From Abditibacterium sp. (GTDB taxonomy: Bacteria > Armatimonadota > Abditibacteriia > Abditibacteriales > Abditibacteriaceae), in NCBI GenBank assembly GCA_965199495.1, contig CBDASK010000003.1:1184001-1248000 (forward strand): a DNA stretch of 64,000 nt, given 5' to 3'. The notes below the pieces were generated by a model that was not told the origin of the DNA, did no database searches, and saw only the letters and a list, made by a program, of their open reading frames with translations. The position numbers and the translations under genes were made by a program. The number at the start of each line of letters is the position of its first letter. The first letter of the stretch is position 1. Of this stretch, positions 1-10,311 are shown piece by piece.

Positions 1-3000
1 CGGCAACTTCAAATGATCCCAGTATTCCAGCAAGATAAAAAATGTCAGGCTTGTCGTCACCACAAATTTGGTAACCCGCATAAGAAATGTGTTCTTCATA
101 TGCAGGGATATTTGAGAATTCTGTCAAGACTAAAACTGTATCGTCGCAAAACAGATCTGTCTCATCTGGATATGCAATTAGCCGATAGCCATCAGAAGTC
201 CTTTTGCGTAAAAGAACCTTCGGCGACTCAAAGAGTTCTTGATAGCGTGGGCCATACATCTCTCCTTTCCGGTAGTCGAGGAAGCGTCCAGACCATTGGA
301 CATCAAAGATGCCCAGCTCTTTTCCATCGACAAATCTCTTACTATTTCCTATCTCGGAGTCACTCAAGAGGTCGTATTTGGTAAACATTCCAGGCTTTTT
401 GCTGTGCATGGTCGCTCCAACATTAACATAGAAAATTTCACCAACTTTCCAAAAGTTGTTGCCATCGAAATTTGTCTCTTCTACTTCATCATCATCAAAC
501 CGTATCTGAAAATTGAAGTTTCCTAAAAATTCATTTTTAGAAATCGACTTCTTTTCAATGACCTTAATCTTTTCTACGGTTGAAAGAGAGACCTCAACCT
601 CGTAAGAGGAGTCAATTTCACATGATCTGATTAGGGGAATAAAGCAATGTCTTGACACGTCCTCAAAAACGTTCTCAGATCCGAAATGCATGATCGAGAT
701 CAAGTGGTTTTTAGACAAAATGAACTGTCTTAACTTAGTGCCATATTTTTCCATCGCCACTGAATTTGGAAGAATGAAAGAGCAATGGTGATTCGCTTTT
801 ATTAACCAAACACCTTGTATGATGAACGGGATAGATAAATCCCAGTGTCCGCTCAAGTAGCTCTCGAAATTCGATAATTTAGCGAGAGCATTTCTACCTG
901 CCTGAGCTGAGTCTGTCATACCCCAGGCGTTTTGATACGGCGGATTGCCCACAACCGCGTCGAATCCTCCGTTTTCTTTCTTTTGTCCGAATTGGTTGAA
1001 CCAGACTTCGGGGAACATCAGTTCCCAATGGAAGAATTTCTGTGCTTTGGCGACGGGCGAGAATTGTTTGCGGGCGAGTTCGACATCGGTGAGCACAGCC
1101 TCGAAGTTGAGGAACTCTTCGCCGAAATAGGCAGAAGTCCAGCCATCGGCGACGTTGACGAAGGGGCGGCGCAACGCGTCGAGCGCCGCGTCCGCCGCTT
1201 TTTTGGCTTTCACGTCGTCGGTCGTCGCGGTTTCGCGCGCCATAATATCCATGACTGCGCCGACCATCGTCGGCAGTTTGGCTTTGAACTGGTTCTCGAA
1301 CAGGTTGCCCTGTCCGTTATCTTTGGCGTTGGCTTTCGAGCCGCGCGCGCGTTTCAAATCGGAGAGCCAGGCGCCGATCAGGGCGTTGCCGGGTTTGAGA
1401 TGGTGATTGAGAAACGAGAGCGGCGCACTTTTGCTCATGGTGAACAGCCAGAGCGACAATTTGGCGAGTTCGACCGCCATCGGGTTCAAGTCCACGCCGT
1501 AAATGCACTTTTCCACCACCAGCCGTTTCGATTCGAGCTGTCGCGCCTCGGCGCCGTGGCTGCTCGTGCCCTGCGCGCCTTCGCGCGTCAGCGCCTCGCC
1601 ATAACTCTGGGCCAGAAAATCTGCCGCCTCGACCAAAAAGTGACCGCTACCCATCGCCGGATCGAGAACTTTTACTTCCAAAATCTCGGCGGGCGACAAA
1701 GGCCCGCTCACGGTCGAGTCGGCGGGCCGCGCCTCGCCGCGCACCAGCGGGCCGAGCGTGTTTTCGACGATATATTTAACGATGTAATCGGGCGTATAAT
1801 AGGAGCCGGACGATTTGCGTTTCGACTCGCGCCCGCCGTAAGCGAGATAATACTCGCCCGCCTCTTTGACGCCCGAAACTTTGCCGATGCGCGCGGTGAA
1901 TTTGCCTTTGTTCTCTTCGCGCGTCGCGCGCCATTTGTCCAGATCGAGCTGTTCCGCCGCCTTCAAATCGGCGGGCGCGACGTATTCGTCCACTTTCTTG
2001 GTGGTGCCGCGCCGCGTCACCACAAGTTCTTGGTCAGCAATCGCGGCGGCATATTCCAGCAAGCCCTCGTAAATCGAACCCAGATGGCGCACGTCGAGAT
2101 CGCGGTAAGTCACTTTTTTGCGCCCTTCGCCCTTTTTGGGCTGAGTGCGCGACAGCAAATCAATCGCGCGTGCCAGATGATAATCGTCCGGCCCAAACAC
2201 CTCTAAAAACGGGTGATTGTCGGGATCGAACAGCCCGCCATTGTAAGGCGGAATCACGTTGCTATAGCCGCGATCGATTAATCCGAACAGTTCGTGCAAA
2301 CGCTTCCACAAATCGAAACTGCCCTGCGAAAAATAGACGGTTTTGTCGGGATCGTCGTGCGTGGCCTTCACTTCGTCGCGCAACGCCTCGAACGAGTAAG
2401 TCTCGCGATAGAGTTCGACATCGAGCGGCAGCAAATCGCGGCTTTCGGCATAAAGCGCGAACAACAAACGATACATCAGCGCGAGTGATTCTTCGTAAAT
2501 CGTATCGAGTAAGGGCGCCGAATCGAGATAAGCGTCGGGCTGGCCAGCGAAATCGGGCGCGCCTTTGGCGATCCATTCGCTCAGTTCGGCAGAGGACGGA
2601 TCGGCGCGCAGACGGCGCAAAAAACCGGCGCCCAATTCTTCGAGCGCGTCGAAAACGTTCTTTTTGAGGTCTTGCCCCAGCGTTTTGGCGTGCTGCTCCG
2701 AACCATCAGCCACGCGCACCAGACGGGTCTTATCGCCCGCGTCGCGCGCCGTAAAAGCCTCGCCGCTTAGCAGGCGCAACGCGTAGCTCCAGGCGTTAAG
2801 CGCGCCTTCGCGCGTTTTCTCATCACTCGATTGCGCCGATTGCAGCAGAGTATCGAGATCGAATTCCAAAAACGCGCGCGAACGGTTACTCGCGTGCCGC
2901 CCGTAAATGCGGAAACGCAAGCCATCGGTCACGAGCGCATAAGGCACGCCGCTCGTCGCGAGCGCGCGGCCCGCGACTTCGCCGACCGGCAAATGCGTGT

Positions 3001-4066
3001 GCGCTTCGTCGGCGACATCGGGCAAGGGAGAATCCAAGCCGTCGCCCTGACGCGAAGGCACGACGTAAAGCAGCGCGGCAATCGTCTTTTCGCCCTCTTT
3101 GTTGCTGTAATTCGCGGCGGGCGCATTGCCATCGAAAGTCGTAACAGCGTCAGGCCGAAAAATTTGTCCGTCGCCGACGAATTCTACGCCGGATTGCCAA
3201 TTCCAACCCAGAGCCGCGCCCAGTTGCGCGAGCCAACCGCCCGGCGCCAACAAGTCGGCGGGTGTCGCGCTTCTGGCTTTGGCGGCTTCGGTTTTATAAA
3301 TTTTGGCAAGACTTTTCAGCCCATCTTTGAGATCTTTATCATCAAGGTCGAGACGCTCTTTTTCATCGAAAACGTGTTCAAGGTAATAATCGGAGAAAAA
3401 TGATTCGGAGTTTTTGAGATAGGGATACAAAAACGAGCGATAAGCCGTCGCTTTTCCGGTTGTTCCTTGTTGCGGGCGTTCGAGCGTAGCGCGAATGGCG
3501 GCTTCGGCCAGAGCGCGGTAGAATTTGGCGGCTTCAACGAGCGCCTTCTTGACGGCGGGCGCGCTGCGATTAAAGTCGGAGTGGCCCCAGGCGTTGCGCA
3601 AATCGCGCCCGATGGTGAGCGCGTAATTAACCGCTTTGTCGGGCGCGTAAGCCGCATCGCGCGTTTTTTTGTCGCGCCAGCTTTCCACCAGTCTGCGGGC
3701 CTCGCGGTCTTTATGAATTTCGTTATTCCACAGAAAAACGTCCTTCTTCGCCCAGATCGCGTCCAACAGCGCGAGCGGCATTTCGTCGCACAGCCGTTTC
3801 ACTTCGGGGAAGGTCGCGGCTTCTTTGCCCCATTCGGAGAGCGCGTGGTTTTCGCTCTCGCCGCGCGTCTGAGCGATGAGCGAAAGTTGCCGCACCGCTT
3901 GCCAGGCGCTGCCAAACCCGTCGTAGCCGTCGCTGGTCGAAAGCGACGCGCGCAGGTGCTCGATGGCGTGGCTGGTAAAGACGCACCAGGGCGAGGAAAC
4001 GGGATAACCGTGCGCGCCCTGTTCGCGTCGGCGCAATTCGATGAATTTGGCGATGGTCTGGGACAT
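1..4066 (-). CDS. Large N6-adenine DNA methyltransferase (Eco57I/type IIG, DrmMI-like) with N-terminal HEPN-like domain; 3' end off window
   Basis: Not in the ORF track, consistent with no stop inside the window. Segments read by hand in frame from ATG at 4066: RNAWGH (3598-3581), RKSSGSYYTPDYIV (~1820), VLDPAMGSGHFL motif I (~1670), VVGNPPY motif IV (955-935). Starts 4 bp after the helicase stop. Confidence 0.9.
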   Translation of the reverse strand, partial: MSQTIAKFIELRRREQGAHGYPVSSPWCVFTSHAIEHLRASLSTSDGYDGFGSAWQAVRQLSLIAQTRGESENHALSEWGKEAATFPEVKRLCDEMPLALLDAIWAKKDVFLWNNEIHKDREARRLVESWRDKKTRDAAYAPDKAVNYALTIGRDLRNAWGHSDFNRSAPAVKKALVEAAKFYRALAEAAIRATLERPQQGTTGKATAYRSFLYPYLKNSESFFSDYYLEHVFDEKERLDLDDKDLKDGLKSLAKIYKTEAAKARSATPADLLAPGGWLAQLGAALGWNWQSGVEFVGDGQIFRPDAVTTFDGNAPAANYSNKEGEKTIAALLYVVPSRQGDGLDSPLPDVADEAHTHLPVGEVAGRALATSGVPYALVTDGLRFRIYGRHASNRSRAFLEFDLDTLLQSAQSSDEKTREGALNAWSYALRLLSGEAFTARDAGDKTRLVRVADGSEQHAKTLGQDLKKNVFDALEELGAGFLRRLRADPSSAELSEWIAKGAPDFAGQPDAYLDSAPLLDTIYEESLALMYRLLFALYAESRDLLPLDVELYRETYSFEALRDEVKATHDDPDKTVYFSQGSFDLWKRLHELFGLIDRGYSNVIPPYNGGLFDPDNHPFLEVFGPDDYHLARAIDLLSRTQPKKGEGRKKVTYRDLDVRHLGSIYEGLLEYAAAIADQELVVTRRGTTKKVDEYVAPADLKAAEQLDLDKWRATREENKGKFTARIGKVSGVKEAGEYYLAYGGRESKRKSSGSYYTPDYIVKYIVENTLGPLVRGEARPADSTVSGPLSPAEILEVKVLDPAMGSGHFLVEAADFLAQSYGEALTREGAQGTSSHGAEARQLESKRLVVEKCIYGVDLNPMAVELAKLSLWLFTMSKSAPLSFLNHHLKPGNALIGAWLSDLKRARGSKANAKDNGQGNLFENQFKAKLPTMVGAVMDIMARETATTDDVKAKKAADAALDALRRPFVNVADGWTSAYFGEEFLNFEAVLTDVELARKQFSPVAKAQKFFHWELMFPEVWFNQFGQKKENGGFDAVVGNPPYQNAWGMTDSAQAGRNALAKLSNFESYLSGHWDLSIPFIIQGVWLIKANHHCSFILPNSVAMEKYGTKLRQFILSKNHLISIMHFGSENVFEDVSRHCFIPLIRSCEIDSSYEVEVSLSTVEKIKVIEKKSISKNEFLGNFNFQIRFDDDEVEETNFDGNNFWKVGEIFYVNVGATMHSKKPGMFTKYDLLSDSEIGNSKRFVDGKELGIFDVQWSGRFLDYRKGEMYGPRYQELFESPKVLLRKRTSDGYRLIAYPDETDLFCDDTVLVLTEFSNIPAYEEHISYAGYQICGDDKPDIFYLAGILGSFEVA

Positions 4067-4070
4067 AAAG

Positions 4071-7000
4071 TTAAGCGATGGGAACAGTTAACGCGAAATT
4101 CAGCAGTTGTGGCGCGAGGTGCGCGCCCAGGCGCATTTTTTCAATCGAAAGGCGTCGCTCATCGGCGCGATGGGCGTGGAGTTTCTCTTCATTTTCCAGG
4201 CGGGTGCGAAATGCGCGCATGGTGGAGTCATCGAACAAATCGAGCTGGTGAGAACCATCTTCGCCGCTATGACGGCGCCGATCAAATTGCTCGCGAATGC
4301 CCCGATCGAAGCGCTGGAGGTCTTCGAGCAAAAAACAGACTTCCTCTTCACGGCTGGCGCCGACATTGGCATATCCCCGCTGATAATGCTCGCGCGCCCA
4401 CGCTTCGGCTTTGTCGCGGAGCGCGGGCAAGGCGTCGGAGAGTTGGGTTCGCATTTCGGGCGAAATTTCACCACTGCGGGCGGCTTGAAGATAAAATTTC
4501 TGCCCCCGACTCGGCGCGATTTCGCCATCGAGTCCGACCCAGACCGGCTCCAACTCTTCACGCACGACGCGGCCTTGTTGATCTTCAAAGGAGAGCAGGA
4601 AATTCCACAGAATGCCTGGCCCGCCGCTGTAATCGAGCGCCAGGCAGGTAGTTTGTCCACTCAGTTGGGCGAATTGAGTTACGCGGCAATATCGCACCAT
4701 GCGCCCGATGAGAGGATGCCCGAAAGCCACGAACTCTGGCTCATCGGCGCGATTCCAAACTTCGCCGTCGGGTGCGTTCATCGCCAGCGTCCGCTCGAAG
4801 GTCGCGCGCGGATAAAAGCGCGGCATTTTGTCGTCCTGCAAAACCAGCGGCACCGGCAAACGAAATATGCCCGCCGTGTTGGTATTGCCCAATTTGCGCC
4901 CATCCAATGCGCCGCTACCAGCGTCGCCATAAAGCCGCAGAAAAGTTTCCACGAAACTCTTTACATCTTTGTGATCTGGCAACACCTTCTCCGAAGCCGC
5001 GACGACTTCCCGCGCCTCCTCGTTTTGCGCGCGCCCAAACTCGCGTGGCCCAGAAATGAAGCGCGTATCGCGCAGCGCCGTCGCCATCGCCTCAATTTTC
5101 TGCAGTTCGCGCTCGGCTTCCTGCGTCACGGCCTGCGCCGAACGAGTTTTGTCGAGCGCGCCCAAAATCAGTTGATCGAGCGAGACTTTTTCTAAAACGC
5201 CCAAAACTTCGGCCATGCTGCCCAGTTGGCGGCGAATGATTTCAATTTTGGCGGCGAGAAGATTGAAAATATCCGCCTCTTTGGAATCCTCGATCATCAA
5301 ATTGTAGATTTGCGCCGTGTGCTTCTGGCCATAGCGATGAATGCGCCCAATGCGTTGCTCCAGCCGGTTGGGATTCCAGGGCAACTCGTAATTGACTAAT
5401 ATGTGGCAATGTTTCTGAAGGTTCAAACCTTCCGAAGCGGCGTCAGTCGCCAGCAAAATTCGCGTATCGGGATCGTTGAAGCGGCGCTCGGCCCACAATT
5501 TCGAGCCTTCATCGTTTTCGTCTTCGCCCAAACCCATGCCGCCGTGCAATTGCACGATTTGTGCGGAAGTGACCCACCATTCTTTCTCCAAAGCGCGACG
5601 AATGTAATTCAGCGTGTCACGGTATTCGGTGAAGATGATGACCTTCTCGTTTTCTTTGAGACAGGCACGCACAAAATCCAAGAGCCAGCGCAATTTGGAA
5701 TCTTGCCCTCCGTCGATAATACCGTCGGCCAATGCGAGCAGTTCGCGCAAAGTTTTGATTTCGTTCGTGCGATTGGCATACATCGCTTGCACATTACGCG
5801 TTTCCAAAAAGCGCTCGACGCGCTCGCGGTCGTCGTCCTCCATGTAATCCTGCGAATCGCCGCCGTCGTAATCGCGCAACAAGCGACGCAGCTCCCGATC
5901 CGAAGGAAAACCAATTTTGGTGACAGTGCGCGCATCAATAATGGATTCGATGCGCCGCGCGAGCGTTTCGCGGAGCGCAAACGGACTGGAAACCATGCGT
6001 TTTTGGACGAGCGCCAGCAGAAAGCGTCCGATATTGCGCTCGGATGCCGAGATAGTGCGTTTTCGCGCTAATTGCGCCCAGTGACCGCCGGTGTAATCGG
6101 ACACTGCGTCGTAGAGCGCACGTTCGGGCGCCGAGAAATGCACCGCGACCGGATGCGGCTCGCGTGGCGGAAACTTCGGCACCAGTTCGCCCGCCGGGTT
6201 GATTTCAAACACCGATTCTTTGCCGCGACGAATCATCACGCGCTCGACGCGCGCCAGTGCTCCGATGCGATCTAACTCGTCCGCCGAGGCGAAAAGAAAC
6301 GGGTCTATTAAGCGCAGCAAATTCCAGAAATGTTCGGGATTGCCCGAATGTGGCGTGGCCGTGAGTAAAAGCAGGGCTTCGCATCTATCGGCCAGAGCGC
6401 GTCCCAAATCGGAGCGATTGGAGTCGGTCGAAGCGTAATGCGCCTCGTCCAAAATAACCAAATCCCAAGGCCGCTCAACGACCATGAGTTGATCGTAGGC
6501 GCGATTGAGATTGCGCCGAGCATTGCCTTGCCCTTCCCAATGTGGCTTAATCCAATCAATTGAAGTCACCACAGAATTCTTGGCGAGCCACGGATTAAGC
6601 GTTTCGTCAACCGCTTCCTGAATTCCCTCAATTTTGCGCGAGTTGTAAATGTAGAAAGTGCGGTGGAAATGCCTCTGCATTTCCTTCTTCCACTGGTCTT
6701 GCAGCGAAGCGGGCACGACGATGAGAACCCGCGTCCCGCGCCCGCGCGCCGCCAGCTCTTGCATCACCAAACCGGCCTCGATGGTTTTGCCCAACCCCAC
6801 ATCGTCCGCAATGAGAAAGCGCTGACGCAAACCGTCCATCACGGTCTTGACCGCCATGAGTTGAAACGGCTCCGGCACCATTTTGGAATTGGAAATCGAG
6901 AGCAACTTATCGTATTCGTAAACCAGCGAAAGCCGCACCGCATTGGTGAGCAAGCGATAAGCATCGGGCGGCCCCATGTTTTCGATAGAAAGCATGTTAT

Positions 7001-7175
7001 CGGCGCTTTGCACCCGCTCGATGGAGGTAAGCGGAAACAAAAATGGCTTAGCGCCGCCGCTTTCGCTCCACAAACGCACCGTCCACGAGTCTTCGCCGTG
7101 TGCCTCGATTTTGATGACTTCCCAATTCTGATTGCGACAACGCACGGTATCGCCCACATCAAATTCCAATTTCAT
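4071..7175 (-). CDS. SNF2/RapA-family helicase (DrmD-like)
   Basis: LIADDVGLGKTIEAG (Walker A), ILDEAH, LLLTATPH, SEGLNLQ, NPNRLEQRIGRIHRYGQ; ATGA-like 4-bp overlap with the PLD gene. Confidence 0.9.
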   Translation of the reverse strand: MKLEFDVGDTVRCRNQNWEVIKIEAHGEDSWTVRLWSESGGAKPFLFPLTSIERVQSADNMLSIENMGPPDAYRLLTNAVRLSLVYEYDKLLSISNSKMVPEPFQLMAVKTVMDGLRQRFLIADDVGLGKTIEAGLVMQELAARGRGTRVLIVVPASLQDQWKKEMQRHFHRTFYIYNSRKIEGIQEAVDETLNPWLAKNSVVTSIDWIKPHWEGQGNARRNLNRAYDQLMVVERPWDLVILDEAHYASTDSNRSDLGRALADRCEALLLLTATPHSGNPEHFWNLLRLIDPFLFASADELDRIGALARVERVMIRRGKESVFEINPAGELVPKFPPREPHPVAVHFSAPERALYDAVSDYTGGHWAQLARKRTISASERNIGRFLLALVQKRMVSSPFALRETLARRIESIIDARTVTKIGFPSDRELRRLLRDYDGGDSQDYMEDDDRERVERFLETRNVQAMYANRTNEIKTLRELLALADGIIDGGQDSKLRWLLDFVRACLKENEKVIIFTEYRDTLNYIRRALEKEWWVTSAQIVQLHGGMGLGEDENDEGSKLWAERRFNDPDTRILLATDAASEGLNLQKHCHILVNYELPWNPNRLEQRIGRIHRYGQKHTAQIYNLMIEDSKEADIFNLLAAKIEIIRRQLGSMAEVLGVLEKVSLDQLILGALDKTRSAQAVTQEAERELQKIEAMATALRDTRFISGPREFGRAQNEEAREVVAASEKVLPDHKDVKSFVETFLRLYGDAGSGALDGRKLGNTNTAGIFRLPVPLVLQDDKMPRFYPRATFERTLAMNAPDGEVWNRADEPEFVAFGHPLIGRMVRYCRVTQFAQLSGQTTCLALDYSGGPGILWNFLLSFEDQQGRVVREELEPVWVGLDGEIAPSRGQKFYLQAARSGEISPEMRTQLSDALPALRDKAEAWAREHYQRGYANVGASREEEVCFLLEDLQRFDRGIREQFDRRRHSGEDGSHQLDLFDDSTMRAFRTRLENEEKLHAHRADERRLSIEKMRLGAHLAPQLLNFALTVPIA

Positions 7176-7951
7176 AATTTTTTCTCACGCTCCACAACGC
7201 GCAGCAATGCCGACGCCAGTCGCCCCTGCAATCTAAAGCCACAATCGGGACAGATCAAAGCGCGCTTCAAACCTTGTCGCCAAAGCATTAATTCACCGCA
7301 CACCGGACAGGCTATCTGGCTTTTCTCGTCCGGTGACTGGACTTGAAAACTTTGAGTCGCGCTTTCAACTCCGCTACAAAGCGGGCTTTTGTGGCAGAGG
7401 AAAAGCCCAGTTTCAGGATAGAAGTTCATCTTTTCGCCACACTGCGGACAAGCGGACGTTGGTTCCGAAGCGGGAGCAGTTCGCCCGGCCCCATGCCCCG
7501 CAAGCGAGTTGGGATCGCCCAGATTTAAATCGGCCAGAATTTCGCGCGCGAGCGGCGCAGATTCAAAGCGCAGCATCGATTCGAGCGTGTTGGCGTGCGA
7601 GAGGGCGTTGAGCGAACCGTGCCATAGAATGCGCCCGTCGATGACCGCGATTTTCTCGTGCATCTCGGCGCGCAAATGCACCTGCGCACCAGCTACGCGC
7701 AACGACTCGACAACGCCATCGAACCCGCGTTGCAACGATTCCGGCTGCCCTGAGCGCGGACGAAGGTAAATTTTCAGGTCAACCTGTTGAGAGTATAAAA
7801 CCGAGAAAGTCGGCAAATAAAAGCCCACGCGGCGGCTGGATATGAAAGGCGAAAGGAGAACTACAAAATCTTTCGCAACCGTCAAATCTGATAAAAAGGC
7901 GGAGTGAAATTCTTTATCATTGAGATGCTTAATCGGAAGAGCCAAGCTCAT
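7172..7951 (-). CDS. Phospholipase D-family nuclease with two C-terminal Zn ribbons
   Basis: Single HKD motif HEKIAVIDGRILWHGSLN; SPF motif near N-terminus; CPQC...CHKSPLC and CPVC...CPDC. Confidence 0.85.
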   Translation of the reverse strand: MSLALPIKHLNDKEFHSAFLSDLTVAKDFVVLLSPFISSRRVGFYLPTFSVLYSQQVDLKIYLRPRSGQPESLQRGFDGVVESLRVAGAQVHLRAEMHEKIAVIDGRILWHGSLNALSHANTLESMLRFESAPLAREILADLNLGDPNSLAGHGAGRTAPASEPTSACPQCGEKMNFYPETGLFLCHKSPLCSGVESATQSFQVQSPDEKSQIACPVCGELMLWRQGLKRALICPDCGFRLQGRLASALLRVVEREKKL

Positions 7952-8217
7952 AATTGGTTTTTTCGCTCAAGAAATTTTAGGACTCGCGCGTCCAAAACTT
8001 CATAACAAACGCAGAGCAAATCGTTAATTCTGCCAACAAAAGTATAAATGCAAAGATATCTATTCAGCGCTGCAAACCGCGACTTGCCATCATATTTATT
8101 TACCAAATACGCGGATTTTGCAGCGTGAATAGGTTCAACTGAAGCATGACCTGGACTATCTGCCCGACGATAATACATTTGCGTCGCTAAAATTCGCGGG
8201 GCAGGATAGATGAGTAT

Positions 8218-10311
8218 TTACGCTCCTGCGGAAAAGATTTCGACAAAAGCCTCGTTCGTGATGGGGTGGGGAGATTGAATTGGCCCTTTGCAGCCGTGCT
8301 TCTCTAATATCTTTTGGAAATCGGCCCAGGGCACGGGAGATTGGAAATTAAAAGTCGAACCAAATTTTAACGCCATAAGTTTGCCCTCAGCTTGATTTTC
8401 CGTGACATCCATTAAATCGCTCCACTGAAAAACGCCCAAACGCCTAAATTGAGAAAACAGTGTTTTGGCGCTTCCAACATGGACTTCCTGCAAAGAGGAA
8501 CACGCCCTGATACTCCCCACATTTTGGAAATTTTTGTCCTGCGAGACATACCATAAGATGCGCGCGGGAGCCTTGATACCGCTGGGTCTGGCGGAGCGGT
8601 AGTAAACAGATTCCCTGTTTAGCAGCAGTTTGGTGATCGAGCCGAAAATTGTTTGTGAAGCCAAACCTTCGTCGAACAGTTCTTTGGCCCAATGCGGTCT
8701 AATCGGCACTATATAAGTGTTCAAGAAAGCGTCCGATACGCGTGTCGGCCACAACGAATCTTCGGCAAGCAGTGCTTGCTTTGGGGCGCTGATTAAATTT
8801 GCTTCCATCAATCGAGTGACTCTAACTTGATCATTTTCAGAAATCCAAGAATTTCTTTCGCCAGTCTCTTTAGCGAAATCTACCAGCTCTTGAGAACTTC
8901 CTATATTGGGCAACATATATCGAAGTAATCCGTGATCGGTCTTGAAAAAACCGTCCTCTAAAAATGCGCTCTCCATGATTGGGCTGATATGCGGATCAAC
9001 GATAAGAACAAGGCGGCTCTGGCTTTTAACGGCCATCTTTATCAAACGCGAGGAAAGGCTGCGGGCGATAGTTGGTGCGGAAGAAGGCGCGGAGGAAATT
9101 TCTCTGACGCGAATCATCGGCACCTTCAGAGAATCTCCATCTAATGTCGTAAAGAGGATGCCCAGTTCTCCCTGAGTATCGTTGAAAACGCGCAAGGAAT
9201 TCACTTCGTTGGGCCGAGACAGAAGACCGTTCAATTGAGCTTGCAAAACAGCCTTATTCTCCTGAGCACTGCGCTGAAACAGTTCTTCCTTTCCGTCCAA
9301 ATCATGTTGTCCGATACGTTGGCATTCGATATCTGTTGCGGCGAATTGAGCCGGGCGATACTCGGTTTCGCGTTGCAACTCATCCAAGTGGATAATCAGC
9401 GTGGCTGGACGAAGCACGCGAACCCCAGTGGATTCATAAATAGGGTTTTCTCGCTCCAAAATATTATCGTCGCGCGTTACGAAAAAGGGCACTTTGGCAG
9501 CGGCAGCGTGGGCGATTTGCCGGAGGTCAGAGCTATCACTTTCGCGAGTTGGCTCTGAAAACAGCGGCGTAAGTTGTTCCAGCGAACGCTCAAAGATTTG
9601 CGGATCAGATTCAATGCTTATGTAACGCGAAATTGCGGCGCGGTTCTGTTCGCGCTGCAAGGGATCAGCTCTCCGATGAACCTCGTTGAATATTTCAGGA
9701 GTCAAACAGAGTTCAATCGAATCTTGCAGCCAGTCGGCCAGAAGCGCTTTAGATTCCTCACTGCGTTGTGTTTCTTCTGCCCCTTCCAAATCGAAGAACA
9801 CGTTGGCATCCAAAACTACCGCAATTTTCCCTGCCAGAGTTTCTTCAATCCAAAGAGATTCCAAACTCAAGACCCCATTACTTTTCCACCAATAGGTGAG
9901 CGGCTTTCGCTGAACATTACGGCCTTCAAGTTCGTTACGAGCAACAAATCCCAGGTGAGGCCACATCGCGTTAACACTGAAATCTGTGCGACACTTCAAC
10001 CCGATACCGAGAGCCGCTTGCGTTTGAGCGGCAAGAGCCTTGACCAATTCCCGCGCAACGCCTTGACGCTGATATGCCTCATGGATACATAGATGGACGA
10101 TAGTTACACGTTCACGTGACTGACGAAATAGAAGGTAACCTACAAGCGTATTTCCTATGAGGGCGACAAGGATTCCCCCTTTAGAAATCGCATCCTCAAA
10201 CGCCCCTCCAGGAAAAAAGCCGAGAGTTTTCGAGTTTTTCCGCCATAAAATTTGGATGTCTGCCATGTGAATAGGCAGAGCACTGAGGATGGAGATGTCT
10301 ATGTTTGGCAT
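8218..10311 (-). CDS. GNAT acetyltransferase - PIN nuclease - ASCH/PUA-like fusion protein
   Basis: GNAT motif A HLCIHEAYQRQGVARELV; PIN VLDANVFFD...E...DxxQ...FVTRD; C-terminal IVPIRPHWAKELFD...ARILWYVS resembling ASCH/EVE. Confidence 0.8.
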   Translation of the reverse strand: MPNIDISILSALPIHMADIQILWRKNSKTLGFFPGGAFEDAISKGGILVALIGNTLVGYLLFRQSRERVTIVHLCIHEAYQRQGVARELVKALAAQTQAALGIGLKCRTDFSVNAMWPHLGFVARNELEGRNVQRKPLTYWWKSNGVLSLESLWIEETLAGKIAVVLDANVFFDLEGAEETQRSEESKALLADWLQDSIELCLTPEIFNEVHRRADPLQREQNRAAISRYISIESDPQIFERSLEQLTPLFSEPTRESDSSDLRQIAHAAAAKVPFFVTRDDNILERENPIYESTGVRVLRPATLIIHLDELQRETEYRPAQFAATDIECQRIGQHDLDGKEELFQRSAQENKAVLQAQLNGLLSRPNEVNSLRVFNDTQGELGILFTTLDGDSLKVPMIRVREISSAPSSAPTIARSLSSRLIKMAVKSQSRLVLIVDPHISPIMESAFLEDGFFKTDHGLLRYMLPNIGSSQELVDFAKETGERNSWISENDQVRVTRLMEANLISAPKQALLAEDSLWPTRVSDAFLNTYIVPIRPHWAKELFDEGLASQTIFGSITKLLLNRESVYYRSARPSGIKAPARILWYVSQDKNFQNVGSIRACSSLQEVHVGSAKTLFSQFRRLGVFQWSDLMDVTENQAEGKLMALKFGSTFNFQSPVPWADFQKILEKHGCKGPIQSPHPITNEAFVEIFSAGA

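Noticed and set aside
932..4651. Long plus-strand ORFs (932-2206, 2831-3403, 3467-4651)
   Set aside because: Antisense shadows of the minus-strand MTase and helicase, which carry the real motifs.
7948..8178. 76-aa ORF between the PLD and GNAT genes
   Set aside because: No recognisable motif or RBS; probably the AT-rich promoter region, although its stop does overlap the PLD start.
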